Origin: Phoronis australis
Taxonomy: Eukaryota > Animalia > Phoronida
Length of the DNA stretch: 64,000 bases
NCBI GenBank assembly: GCA_002633005.1
Contig: NMRA01000145.1
Location: 151,898-215,897, forward strand
Direction of reading: 5' to 3'
Part shown: in pieces, positions 47,701 through 59,700 of the stretch
Layout of the letters: each line of letters begins with the position of its first letter
Position numbering within the stretch: position 1 is the first letter of the stretch
Program-made: the position numbers and the translations under genes
The notes under the pieces: generated by a model
What the model was told of the DNA's origin: nothing
Database searches by the model: none
The model's input: the letters and a program-made list of their open reading frames with translations, nothing else

Positions 47701-50700
47701 TCTCGCCCACTAGTCCTGTGTTGACTGCCGTGAGTAATTCCACAGACAATTTTGTCACAGATAAGTCTAAAAGTGATAATCCGTGGATTCTGCGCTCTCA
47801 TCAAAACAAAGATAACAAAGAGGTGTCTCAAGATAAGAAGAAAGAAGTGGACAAAATGGACAGACTTCGTAAACTGAAGGAGAAATCTCCTTTTGGGAAC
47901 AGGTCTCCAAAGGACAGTTCCCCACCAGAAGAGGTGCACGATAAGGGTAATTTTGATGCTTTGTTTAACAGGAAGTCTCCTTCCCAAGAAAAGAAAAGGG
48001 AGTTGGAAACACAGGTTGATAGAAGTTCAAATGCAAAATTGTCGCCATCTGATGGGAAGTTATCTCCTATGGAGATCGACAGAGCTTTTCCACTAATGCA
48101 GAAAAGATCTGGCCAAGATGAAGAAAGACAAGTGGATAGACATTCCCCCATGGAAACAGAGACAGTGCCACATCGTGAAAAGCGAAAAAGTAGTTCACCA
48201 ACTGTAAATAGCAGGACTGAAAATTTGAAAAGTAGAACTCCGGGCAAAGGTGAGTCGTCTGTTAATAATGGCGTTCGTGAACAAGTCAAAAGGAATAGCA
48301 AATCTCCAGATTTGTCACCGGAGAATGTAGAACAAAGACGATGGGGCAGAAAGAGTAGGCCCCCAGGATTGTCTCCCCCTGAATCAGAAGGACAGTTCGT
48401 TAGAAAAAGTAGGTCACCAACAGATAATACAAGACAACGCAACAGTAAAAGTAGGTCACCAGTGTCGTCACCCTCTGCAAGTGTAGCTAGGGGGGATTTA
48501 GTACGACGGAGAAGTAGGTCTCCAGAGTTATGTCCCCCTGAACATAAAGGCCGTGTTGTTAAGAAAAGTCCATCGCCAGAACAATCTCCACCTGAATTTG
48601 TGGAGAAGGGACGGTTTGTGAGGCGGGCTAGAACTCCAGAAGTGGCCACTTCTGAGTGTAGGGAAACTGGACAGTTTGTTAGAAGGAGTATATCCCCACA
48701 GAAAAATGACGTGTCTTCACCTAACAGAGCAGAGGAAGCTGCCGAAAAGAGAAGACAACATAGAGATTTCATTGAAGGGAGGAAGAGTCCATCTTTACAC
48801 TCTCCTGAAAAGTTGCCTTCAAGTTATGAGGAAAATAGGTTAGATAGAAAAAGTAGGTCACCCGAGAGACGACGACCTCGTGTTGGCAGAGTAGAAAATA
48901 AGAATTTTGATAACAGGTTACAAGTTGAGACTAATAGTTCCCCAGTACCCCGAGAACGCAGAAGATCACATAAGGATGACGAGTCAGCTATTGGTCGCTT
49001 AGATGCTCTTGTGCAGCAAAAAGCTGAGAGAGAGGTGCCACAACGACCCAAAGCTGCACCCCATTTTCCTTCGCACGTAGCCAGTGATGCCGAGCAATCG
49101 TCACATCCGAGTCGTCCAGTTCCCAGACCGAGATCCCGACGAGATTCAAGTGGCTCTCCCATTCCACGACCACGAAGTCCTCGCACTTTGTCTAAAGAGG
49201 TAGAAATGGCGCCTCCGAAACCTGCACGAACGTTTGGTCGAGATGTCGAACCCAACTACCCGCCAAATCCTCAGGAAGATCCGGCTTTATCTGGCCTGAT
49301 GAAGTCGCTGGCTGAGGCCAGAGCGCGTAAGGCCAGACCTCATTCAGATGCCTTGCTGCTTGACCATAGTGAACCGAGGGGTAGTCCGGAGCCTCGGCCT
49401 AGGCGACGATCTTTGCGTGAGGATGAGGAGTCAGTACAAAGACATGAGAGGAGGAACTCGCCTCCTAAACGACCTCCTCCCGAAAGCCAGGCAGTCGAGA
49501 GACATCAACCTCGTACACGGCATGCACAGGAGACAGACGAGCGGCCCACGTGGCAGAGGGAGGCGGAGAGAAGACGGGAGAACATTAGGCAGAGCAATAC
49601 TCCAGAGGCACTTCGGAAGAAGCGTGCCGCCCCAGCAAAGCCTGATGATGCCATACCTGAGTGGCAGAAGGCTGCCCAAGAGAGGCAGGCAGCTAACAAA
49701 GGGAAATTCAACCGCTTTGGCAGTAGAATGCAGCATGATATCCCGTCAGATGACTTGTCGCCAACGAGACCCGAATCTTTGCCACAGAAACGTAGTCCCA
49801 GGCCGACACGACCTGAAAATATCCCTGTTCACAGCCATCAAGACAGAACTGAAAAAGGTAAACTCCCTGACCATAAGTTGATGAGACCTGCAAGACCTCC
49901 TGCAGTCATTCATGAAACGAGGGCGCATCAAGCTTCCAACAACACTAAAGATCATTTTCAAAAGCCATCGCGACCACATCCCCCAGTGTTAGCTGACGAG
50001 TCCAAATCCAAGACGGAGAGCAAGCCTTACAATCTCACTGATCGGGACAAACGTGCCAAAGTTGGGCAAAAGCTGACGGATGTCATAAGGCAGAAGACGC
50101 GAAGCTTGAATCCATTTGGCAGTGACTCGGAGGATGAGACAGATGGTGGCGCCAGCGAGCCACAGCAGACGGTGATTGTGAAAAAAGCCAAACCTGTCAA
50201 TCCATTCGACTCCGATGAAGACGAAACAGAGGAAGAAAAAGGTAATTTGTTTATTTGGTAAAGAGTGTTTGGTTTTAGCTATGTTGGTTATTAAGTAAAA
50301 TGGATTGATCAGTTCCATATTTCAATGGAATTGTGGGGAATTTAAAAAAAATCTCGACCATATCATCATGAAGTATCAATGATGATCATGATTGATTTCT
50401 AGATGGATATATGGAAAAATCTGTAGAAGGGTGTATTGGGTGGCACCATCAAAACACCGATCTTACCATTGGATAATGCTGTTATGCCACTCACCAATGT
50501 CTCCCAATTTTGCAGCTGAACAGCTTTCTGTTCTGACTTTCTTTGAGGACTGTTGTGCGTTAGCACCATCTAGTGACTGATCTCCCATTTCTTGTGACAT
50601 TTTTGAAGTTGCAACAAGCTCAACATAATTGATGGGTTGATGACCATTAACTAAAGCTGCAGACGGAACTGTGTTAACGAAAGGTTATCTTGACTGCAAT

Positions 50701-53700
50701 TCCGAACAAATCTGTTTCAGTGGATTAACAAAGAGACTGTGTATTAGGCTACATTCCTTAAATGTAGGCCTAATAGAATAGCGAAAAAGCAAAATCACGC
50801 AAGTTTTTGTGAGATTGCCACGCATTGCAATTGAACCATGTGTTCACACTAGCTTTAACCTTTACTGGTGTGTGTCTGGTATGTACAAAACTCAACCCTG
50901 GGTTGTATTTCGTTGATCTAAGACACTCGCGAGAAAACCTTTGTCATGGGCTTGCCATGCAATGCATTGTGATATTTCGCAAAGTTTCGCATGGTCTGGC
51001 ATTTTTATAACTTGGTTCGTGCATCTACTGAATGCATTGCTGATTAACTGCATTCAGAAAGTGGAGTGTCACCACTCACTGAGTTTTTTGTTCTGCTACA
51101 ACAATGCCGCACAGTCATGCTGTGTCTCCTGCTGATTTGACCAGTTATCCTTCATTGTGATGCTGAGTATGGTGGGGGTTCTCAGGCTCTGGTGGCTATT
51201 GCGAATGCAAGCAAACCACTGAAGTTTTAATGATAAGATTTTTCAAATTTAGAATACAGTATAATAGAAAAGGGAATGCCTTGTCGAGTTTCACAACAAA
51301 ATGATTGCTGCGAAAGTTTTTTTTTCATTGTCGGCATGTTTTTGTAACTGTAAAACTCATTAAGGAACAGTACTGTAATAGGCAATATAGGGTACAAATA
51401 AAAGGAGAAATTGGCAGTTTTAGAAAGAAATTGAAGAAGTTTTAATGTCGCAACAATTTGCAGTGCCTATTAAGGGATGTCAAAGCACTGTCCTGTCTTT
51501 TCAAATTCACATTTTGGCATTTTAGTATATTTTTCTTGTAGCTGCATTTTACTACCATTCTGCTTGTCTGGTGAATAATACACGCACTTTGTGCCATTTT
51601 AGTCGAAGAGAAGGTCAAAGCTGAATCACCACCCTCCAAACCCAAGGAAAGCCAGATGTCAAAATCTTCAAGGCCGGTTCGCCTGAACCCATTTGACAGT
51701 AGTGAAGATGAGGAGCCCTCTGAGGTATAAATACAATTTTGCTGATAAGGTAGCAAAATATGGTTTTGAGGATAAATACGCTATCTTGTAAGTGCCACAG
51801 TAGTCACTCGCTTGTTCCTCTACTGAGTTGTGTGTTAAGAAGTTAATCTCAGTTATATAGGCCTACAGACACTTAGATAAATGATGTTTGTTTTTTTGCA
51901 CGTTGCCTTAGAAGTTTGTGCAATAGCTGTGTCACATGTACTCCTAGTTAGTTCACACTAAAGCTTGAAAATGGTAGAAGAATTGACTGAAATATGTTAC
52001 TCTGCAATTTTTGTGTTCGAACATTTGTAAAAGTGATTAGTCCTTTATTACCTGTGACATTGTGCATTCCTTGGACGCATGAAACACTAGACAATGCAGT
52101 GTGCTCATGACATCGCTAGCGTATCATAGCAAAATGGCAGCCAGTGAAATGGTTAGTCGTTGAAATTGGAATGTTGAATTATTTCATAGTTCTCTGTTTC
52201 TTTTCGATAAGGGAAGATTTCTCACATTCATCCTTCTTCCACAAATCCATTCCTGAATTCATTTCAACGCTTGTACAGTATATTTAGAACCAGGCACGTG
52301 TGTGTGAAGCTATGTCTATAAGTAGCTGCACTGGCCTGTACACACTTTCATGAATCAAACCCGAGATCTCTATATCAACTGCACCAGTAACACATCCCTA
52401 ATGTTCCAGTCAACCCCCGCTGTTAGCAAACCTGCAGCACACAGACCACCTGTGGAGCAAGTCTCAGCAGGTGTGGGCAGGAAGAAAATCACTGTGGACA
52501 GGCAGTTTGACTTTGACAAGAGCATCGAGTCCAGCGGGTAATGCATACTGTTTACGAGGGAATCATTTAGTTATCTTAGTTTTTAAGGTGTTTATTGGGG
52601 TATTTTTGTTTTGTGGGCAGAGCTGTGATTGTACTTTTGATGTATTGGAAATTGATGCATTTATAATGTTTTCAGGGTTATTGAAACTGGTTTAAGTCTG
52701 GTAGTAATAAAGACATTTAAAGTGGCTATAAATCTGCATTCCGTCACAAAAACCAGCTTTTCTTTTAGACCACTTGCCATTGCGAAATTGGTCTCAAATA
52801 GTTCTTTTGTCAAACTAGGAGGGTTCAAGGCTTCCAAGGAACTGACAGTCCATTGCTTGAGATAATCTTTGCAAGTTGGTTTGTCGTGGCATCTCATTAA
52901 TGCATCATGCTTGGTCTCAAGGAATAATGAATCTTTGCAAACTTAAAAACCACAGTGACTTCTCATCTGTGTAAGGAATAAGTTGAGACCAATTTTATAG
53001 CAGCTCAAGAATGGTCTAAATCAAAAATTCACTTCTTGGATGGAATGAGGGTTCATTGCCACTTCGATTTTACTTGAAATGTTATTTAAATAATATGTTA
53101 CAATAATTTACATCTATTTTCACCTAGATTCAGCTGTGTTCAGACATCAGTGCAGAATTCGTGTTAGAATTAGTTAATATGTGGCTGTGATTTTGCAGAA
53201 GGCATTCGCCCACTCCGGCTAAGCCAAAGAAGAAGGGACGTGCCCCTGCCCCTCCCCGACCCCTGTCTCCACCAGTGCTCGTCCCGCCACCTCAAGACAA
53301 TCACCGATCAGAATCGCCACGAGGATTGCGTGCCAAAAAAGGACCAGCACCCGCCAGACCACTGCCCCCCAAACGAAACGTATGTTTTGATGTCAAATTG
53401 AAAAGTCGCATAGTGTACAAGTAGTTACCGTACTAAATGTTGGACTGGAAAATGTTAGATTTTACACCTGATCTTACTCAGTATCAGTGTATAAACCCCT
53501 CATGCAGTGGAACTGATGCCAGAGTGTCTAGTTTCCATGTAAAGTTGGCATTGTCTTGCCTTGTTTTGCAAGAGTCAGTTTGTGTACCTGATATTGGAAT
53601 ATGATAGAGAAATGGATCTTTCATGCGTCATCAGAATCAATTTTCTGTTTTGAGAACATACATCAGTGTGCAGATATGCAGCATTCTCAATATGTAGGAA

Positions 53701-56700
53701 TTCAAACACGTATTTAGCACATAATATGGCTGACAAGCGACATTCTATTTCTCTACAAAAATAAAGATTAAGAATAATTAAGTCTATTACTGCCATGGCT
53801 TGTACNTATTTAAATAATATGTTACAATAATTTACATCTATTTTCACCTAGATTCAGCTGTGTTCAGACATCAGTGCAGAATTCGTGTTAGAATTAGTTA
53901 ATATGTGGCTGTGATTTTGCAGAAGGCATTCGCCCACTCCGGCTAAGCCAAAGAAGAAGGGACGTGCCCCTGCCCCTCCCCGACCCCTGTCTCCACCAGT
54001 GCTCGTCCCGCCACCTCAAGAAAATCACCGATCAGAATCGCCACGAGGATTGCGTGCCAAAAAAGGACCAGCACCCGCCAGACCACTGCCCCCCAAACGA
54101 AACGTATGTTTTGATGTCAAATTGAAAAGTCGCATAGTGTACAAGTAGTTACCGTACTAAATGTTGGACTGGAAAATGTTATATTTTACACCTGATCTTA
54201 GTCAGTATCGGTGTATTAACCCCTCATGCAGTGGAACTTATGCCAGAGTGTCTAGTTTCCATTTAAAGTTGGCCATTGTCTTGCCTTGTTTTGCAAGAGT
54301 CAGCTTGTGTAACGATTGGAGTATCGGAGAACCTAACTGTCTACCTGATATTGGAATTTGATTGAGAAATGGATCTTTCATGCGTCATCAGAATCAATTT
54401 TCTGTTTTGAGAACATATATCAGTGTGCAGATATGCAGCATTCTCAATATGCAGGAATTCAAACACATTATTTAGCGCACAATATGGCTGACAAGCAACA
54501 TTCTATTTCTGTACAAAAATAAAGATTAAGAATAATTAAGTCTATTTCTGCCATGGCTTGTACTGTGTAGATGTCTTAAACTAGCTTTTGGTCAATTTTC
54601 CAATATTTGTAGCAGAGTAATGGGCCTTTGAAAAATAGAAGATGCCAATTTTGGCAATTATTTTTGTGTGAAATAAGTGGTGAGTTACCTGAAGTATATG
54701 TTGATTAACTTGATGCCTTCTCCATTGGAAAACATCTTTTCAATACTGTAACCAACGATGTTGTTTTAGTACTAATATCACTCTTTTTGAGGTACAATGT
54801 TTGTGTTCCTGGGTAGCACTTTACTTTCTATACCCAGTTTTACTTTTTTTATATCCATTAGTGGTATATTGTTACAAAAAGGGAAATTAACCCAGACATT
54901 CGAGGAATGCAGTCTGAACTCAAAATGACAGTCATAACAATTATGGAACATAGTGTGTATTTTTCATTAATTAGTGTTTTGTTTGAACAAGCGACCAAAA
55001 GTTCTCATATCTAAATAATTGAGATGTTAGAAATGGCCAGGTTTATGCAGAGGTGTCTAAATTGTGAAGTAGAGACATCAGTGAAGCAATGGAGAATGGT
55101 CACATGACCGCCCAGTCGCTTCTGCTACTGCCACCTGTCTTTATGTGGAAGTACTTCACTTCATGGAACTGTTTAACTTAGTGAAAAGTATTTCTTGTGA
55201 TCCATAGAAGCATAGGCATTTCCACCTTATTGATTTTTCTGTCAGCTAGTTTCCAACTCTTCACCGACCTTTATTCTATATCTCAAGCATTGCTCTCGTG
55301 TGAAACCCATGGATTTCACCTAAAGTTTAAAACCATTTTTGGTATTCTCCACAGGTTTATCTTGAGCCTCACTTGTCAAACGAAGCCATCCAGAAAGAGC
55401 TGGCAGCCTTGGATCGCAAGCAGACAGAACTTGAGCGACAGGGACGGGAGATTGAGGAAGCACTAAGGAATGGTGGGTAATTTGTCGACTGAACGTAGAA
55501 CAGTCATCTAGATTATGTCACCAAATTGTGTCAACTGTTCAACAAAACAGTCAGATTAATTGTGACCACGTTTAAAGTTCACATCTAACTTATTCTCTGA
55601 GGCAAGATGGTGAAATTGCTCTTTTTTGTGGGATAAGAATTTTCAAAAAATTTGAATGGAAATCGTGCGTGGTCTTGTCTTCAGTGATTTTTTTCTGCTG
55701 GGAAAGTGAGCTGTCAAAATTCATGCTGTTTCACATTAATGACTGACTCTGGTTTAGGTGTTTCTGTCTGTAGTTAATGGGTTTGCATAATAGCAGTCTG
55801 TAATCAAAGTGCTTTTTAATTAGTATTTCATCATTGTATAGTGCTTTTGGTGGTCTCATAAAGTACTAAACAATAATGGTAACCGGACTGAGTTTCTCAG
55901 TACATATATTTTTATGTGAAGTGACACAAATAATACTAGACATTCCGTTGGACCTTGTTTCCAAGTTACCACATTATATATCAATATTGAAGGAACATGT
56001 TTTTAGTAATTGTGTTAAGGTACATTCGAAGATGTTATAAACCCACGTTCTGTTAAAGAAGTGAGCTTACTGCTGTAAAATTGGTCTCAACTTGTTCCTT
56101 ATTCCGATAAGAAGTGAGTTCTGGACTTGCAAAGAATTGACAATTGGTTATTCCTTGAGATCAAAGTTGGCACATACAGTGAAACACTGTGACAAGCCAA
56201 CTTTTATTGTCTGGTCTTAAGAATTAGAGAATCGTCAGACAATCTTTCAAAGCCCTGAAAACAACACTAATTTTTCTGGGATCAATTCAAAGTCAATAGT
56301 TTCGTATAAATGGTAATTGGTCTAAAAATTTTGTTTTTTATGATGGAAGGTGGGTTCATAGCTTTTTCAATTTAATTATTCCTTTCTCCATCTTTTAACT
56401 GCACTCCTGTCTGCTAGACTTTCCTTTCCCTCGTCAAATATTTCATACTTCGCTAATCGTCTTCTGCAGATTGCTTCATGGGGAATGAAACCTTGGGTAG
56501 GTCCCTTCTCTTCAGATCTTTCAGTCATGGGACTGGTTCTGTAGCTTAGAAACTTGCATAGTTTAGGCGTATTGACTAAATATTAATTGCGTTTGTGAGC
56601 AGACAAAAATTCATCATAATTTATCTGGCTTATGGGTCCGTACACCGAATTTGGTTGATGCGCTTTTACAACCTTGACAGTTAAAAGCAAAATTTCACTT

Positions 56701-59700
56701 TTGCCGTGGTGGCGGGTATGCAAGTTCAACATGGAGGTTGGAGGTTCACGCGTCCCTGTTTCGGCCACGTAATAAGTGTAGTCACTGGCCCTTGCTACAT
56801 TTCAATATTGTAATAGGGGAACTTGAAAACAAATATTAAATTTTTGTGCTTACTGAACACTGTTTCTGTCTCTTTTTATTTCATTTTTCAGCTCTGAATA
56901 ATAATAATAATAATAATAATAAGGTAAACTCGGGCTGAATATAAGGTCGCAAAACAGGATCATCCCCTCTCATGCCGTGGAACAGAAGTTGTGCTTTTGG
57001 GAAGCTTCGTTTCTAGAGTTGGAAAAAATAGGTCATTCATTGTCAAGGGATGGAAAAACGCGTTCACAAAAAGCTTGATGTACCTTACCCACATAACGAG
57101 ATTCCAGTCGGCCAAATCGGTGTACAGACATCCTTTATCAGTTGTGTGATGCCTGATCGTTCTGCATTTATGTTTATGCTCAGACCTGTTTCGGGATGAC
57201 GATACAACTGCAGGTACTGCCATCTGTTGTCACCGCTGTAGTCGCAGTCAGTGCTTGTTGCTTAGCAACCATGTAGTTGTTGTTTTCTGTCAGTTAACTA
57301 CAGAATCTGATGTTAGTATTAGCATTTTAGCAAGTAGAAAGCCCTTGTGATTTCTGTGAATGATAGTGATTATAGTTAAGCGATGCCCGATAGTTAAGCT
57401 TGAGTCAGTAACAATGTTCACGTTGTTTTCCAAGGCATGTCAAATATACCATTTTTTGTTCATTTCTACTAGTCTGTCCTTTACTCACCCTGGACTTTCC
57501 TTTCGTTTGCACTGATATATGGCATGGTTATATATGGTGTTTGTAATACAGTAACCTCAATGTTAGTTTGTACTAGTCAGGGCTTACCATTACTTTTATG
57601 CAAAACTGAAGCACGCTCTTTTTACTAACATTGTGTCACGTTATTTAGTTTCTGTTATCGATATTAACAATATCATTCTTCCTTGGTGGTTTGGTTCGTT
57701 ACAGCTCGAGAATGGAATGACAACTATGACAGGAGTCATCCGCCAAAAACTGATCAGAAATCCTAAAAATACTGATTAGATATTTGCATGCACCCTAGCT
57801 ATGAACTAGTACTGGGATTGGTCGCTAGTTGCTAGTTTCTAGTTATTCACCCAGTGTCAGCATTTGTCACTTGCATGAAAAATTCAACATAGTCCAGGAT
57901 CAGTCGTAGTGTCTTATTGAATGATGCCGTGAAGTTCTCATTTCTAAGAAATAATTTTGTGGTGAGTAGCATTGTGTTTGGTCAGTCTGCTTACCGCTTA
58001 AGTCCCATTTTCTGACATATTGCCTTTTGAATGAAAGTACAGACTTGCTCGGTGGCAATGGATTCGGAGATTTCGGGATACTCTTGTGTTGTTTGGTGGT
58101 TTATGGCGAGGGGCTATGTTTGAGTACACCCACACTCATACTCTGCCTTAATGTTCAGATCTGCAAATTTTAAAGTTTACATACACAGAACTCTTATGCC
58201 ATACAATCAGAAAGCAGGTCGGACATCTAATCTGTTGTTAGAATTTTTTTTTATATGTGATCGCTCATCATCCATGTGATTTGCGTTCATTTCCGTCTCC
58301 TTGTCAGTGTCATTAGAAACTTGGCCGTGTGTGCTTCATCAATAGATTTGTATTCAGATCGTGGTAGACAGAATCCTTCAATATGAGGTACACTCACTGA
58401 TCTAGCTTCTTTTTTGTGGGGCAGGGCAATTACCGCATTAGTAATGACTTCGGAGCACTAAAATACTGGCTGACATAAATTAAACTATCGTGGACTGAAC
58501 TCTCTGGTGATTTTTCAATCGGTTTGATTATTAAAATTGGATTCCCCGTGAAATGCCAAGATAGAATCTTTTTTTTCGAATTGATACGATAGGTATGGGT
58601 CAATAATGATTTAGCTACAAATCTTTGTTGCCCGCTGATGAAAGTAATTAGTTCATCTAGACTTAACTGGGGTTCATTAATTGGTTCATTCATGACTTGT
58701 GAGCTCTAAGAAAAGACCACAAGAATGCTGCAAAATAGCTTAAGTTGTTATCCGATCTTAGAAATGGTTTTCTTCTGGAGTTGAAACTATGGGGGAATTT
58801 TTGCTGTGACAGATCTGCCTTTTTGCCGTGAGAAGTCTGCCTTCCAATGACATTGCTTGTGGTTAGGCTCTGTTAGTAATCGCACGTGATTGGCTAGGAC
58901 ATTGGCACATTAATAATAGGCTTATTACCCGTAAGGCAACTGATTGGCCGCTTTTTTCCTGAATACTCTGATCTGCCTTTGGATTAGATGTGTCCTGCCG
59001 TCTGCCTTGAAATTCTCATGAAACTTGACTAATGCAATATTTTTAAGTGAGCTGTGTAGTCCTTTGCCCTTGGTAACGACTTGAGAATTCTTGATTTTCA
59101 TCAGTGTTTGTTCTGGGCCTACGGAATTTTATCGGTCTATAATTTAGCGTTGTACAATAATAAGAGTTAAGCCGAGAAAGCGCTAGAAATCTGGGCGTTG
59201 TGTTGTTAAAAAGTACATCTCCAGTTTTTTTATTTTGGCTACACTGCAGTGTTTGTGCACATAGTTTCTTAGTTTGATATTTTGCTAGTCCGTTGTGAGT
59301 TATTCTAAATGTTTCGAATCACTAATGCTTACTAGCAAAGTCTAGAGCTAATGGATGCTTATGTATATACTTAGTGAACTAGACTTTAGATTTAGCACAG
59401 CACAGTACGTTATGGGGGTTTAGTACGGTAATTCTCTGTTTATTTTGCATGAAAATATTTGCCTGAATTGGCATTTTTCAAAGGATTACTTTGCTACAAA
59501 TCATGGAAACTTTACAAATGTCGTTGTACAGCATATACATTTGATTAGTATGTCTGTGATCCATGAGTTCACACTCGTAGTCACTCCAAGTATTCGTCTC
59601 TGGACAATTTGATTCTTTGCCAACTCAGAAAATAAAACAAGACAGTTGTTACAATGTCTTTGGCGTTGTAACCATAGCCAGCCAATGTACAGCTTCTTTT

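Noticed and set aside
47828-49255. Antisense ORFs of 314 aa and 143 aa
   Set aside because: Shadows of the GC-richer giant sense exon; no recognisable domain
53923-54103. Mutually exclusive duplicate of exon 8
   Set aside because: Flanking intron is equally near-identical and the copy starts at an n; likely allelic
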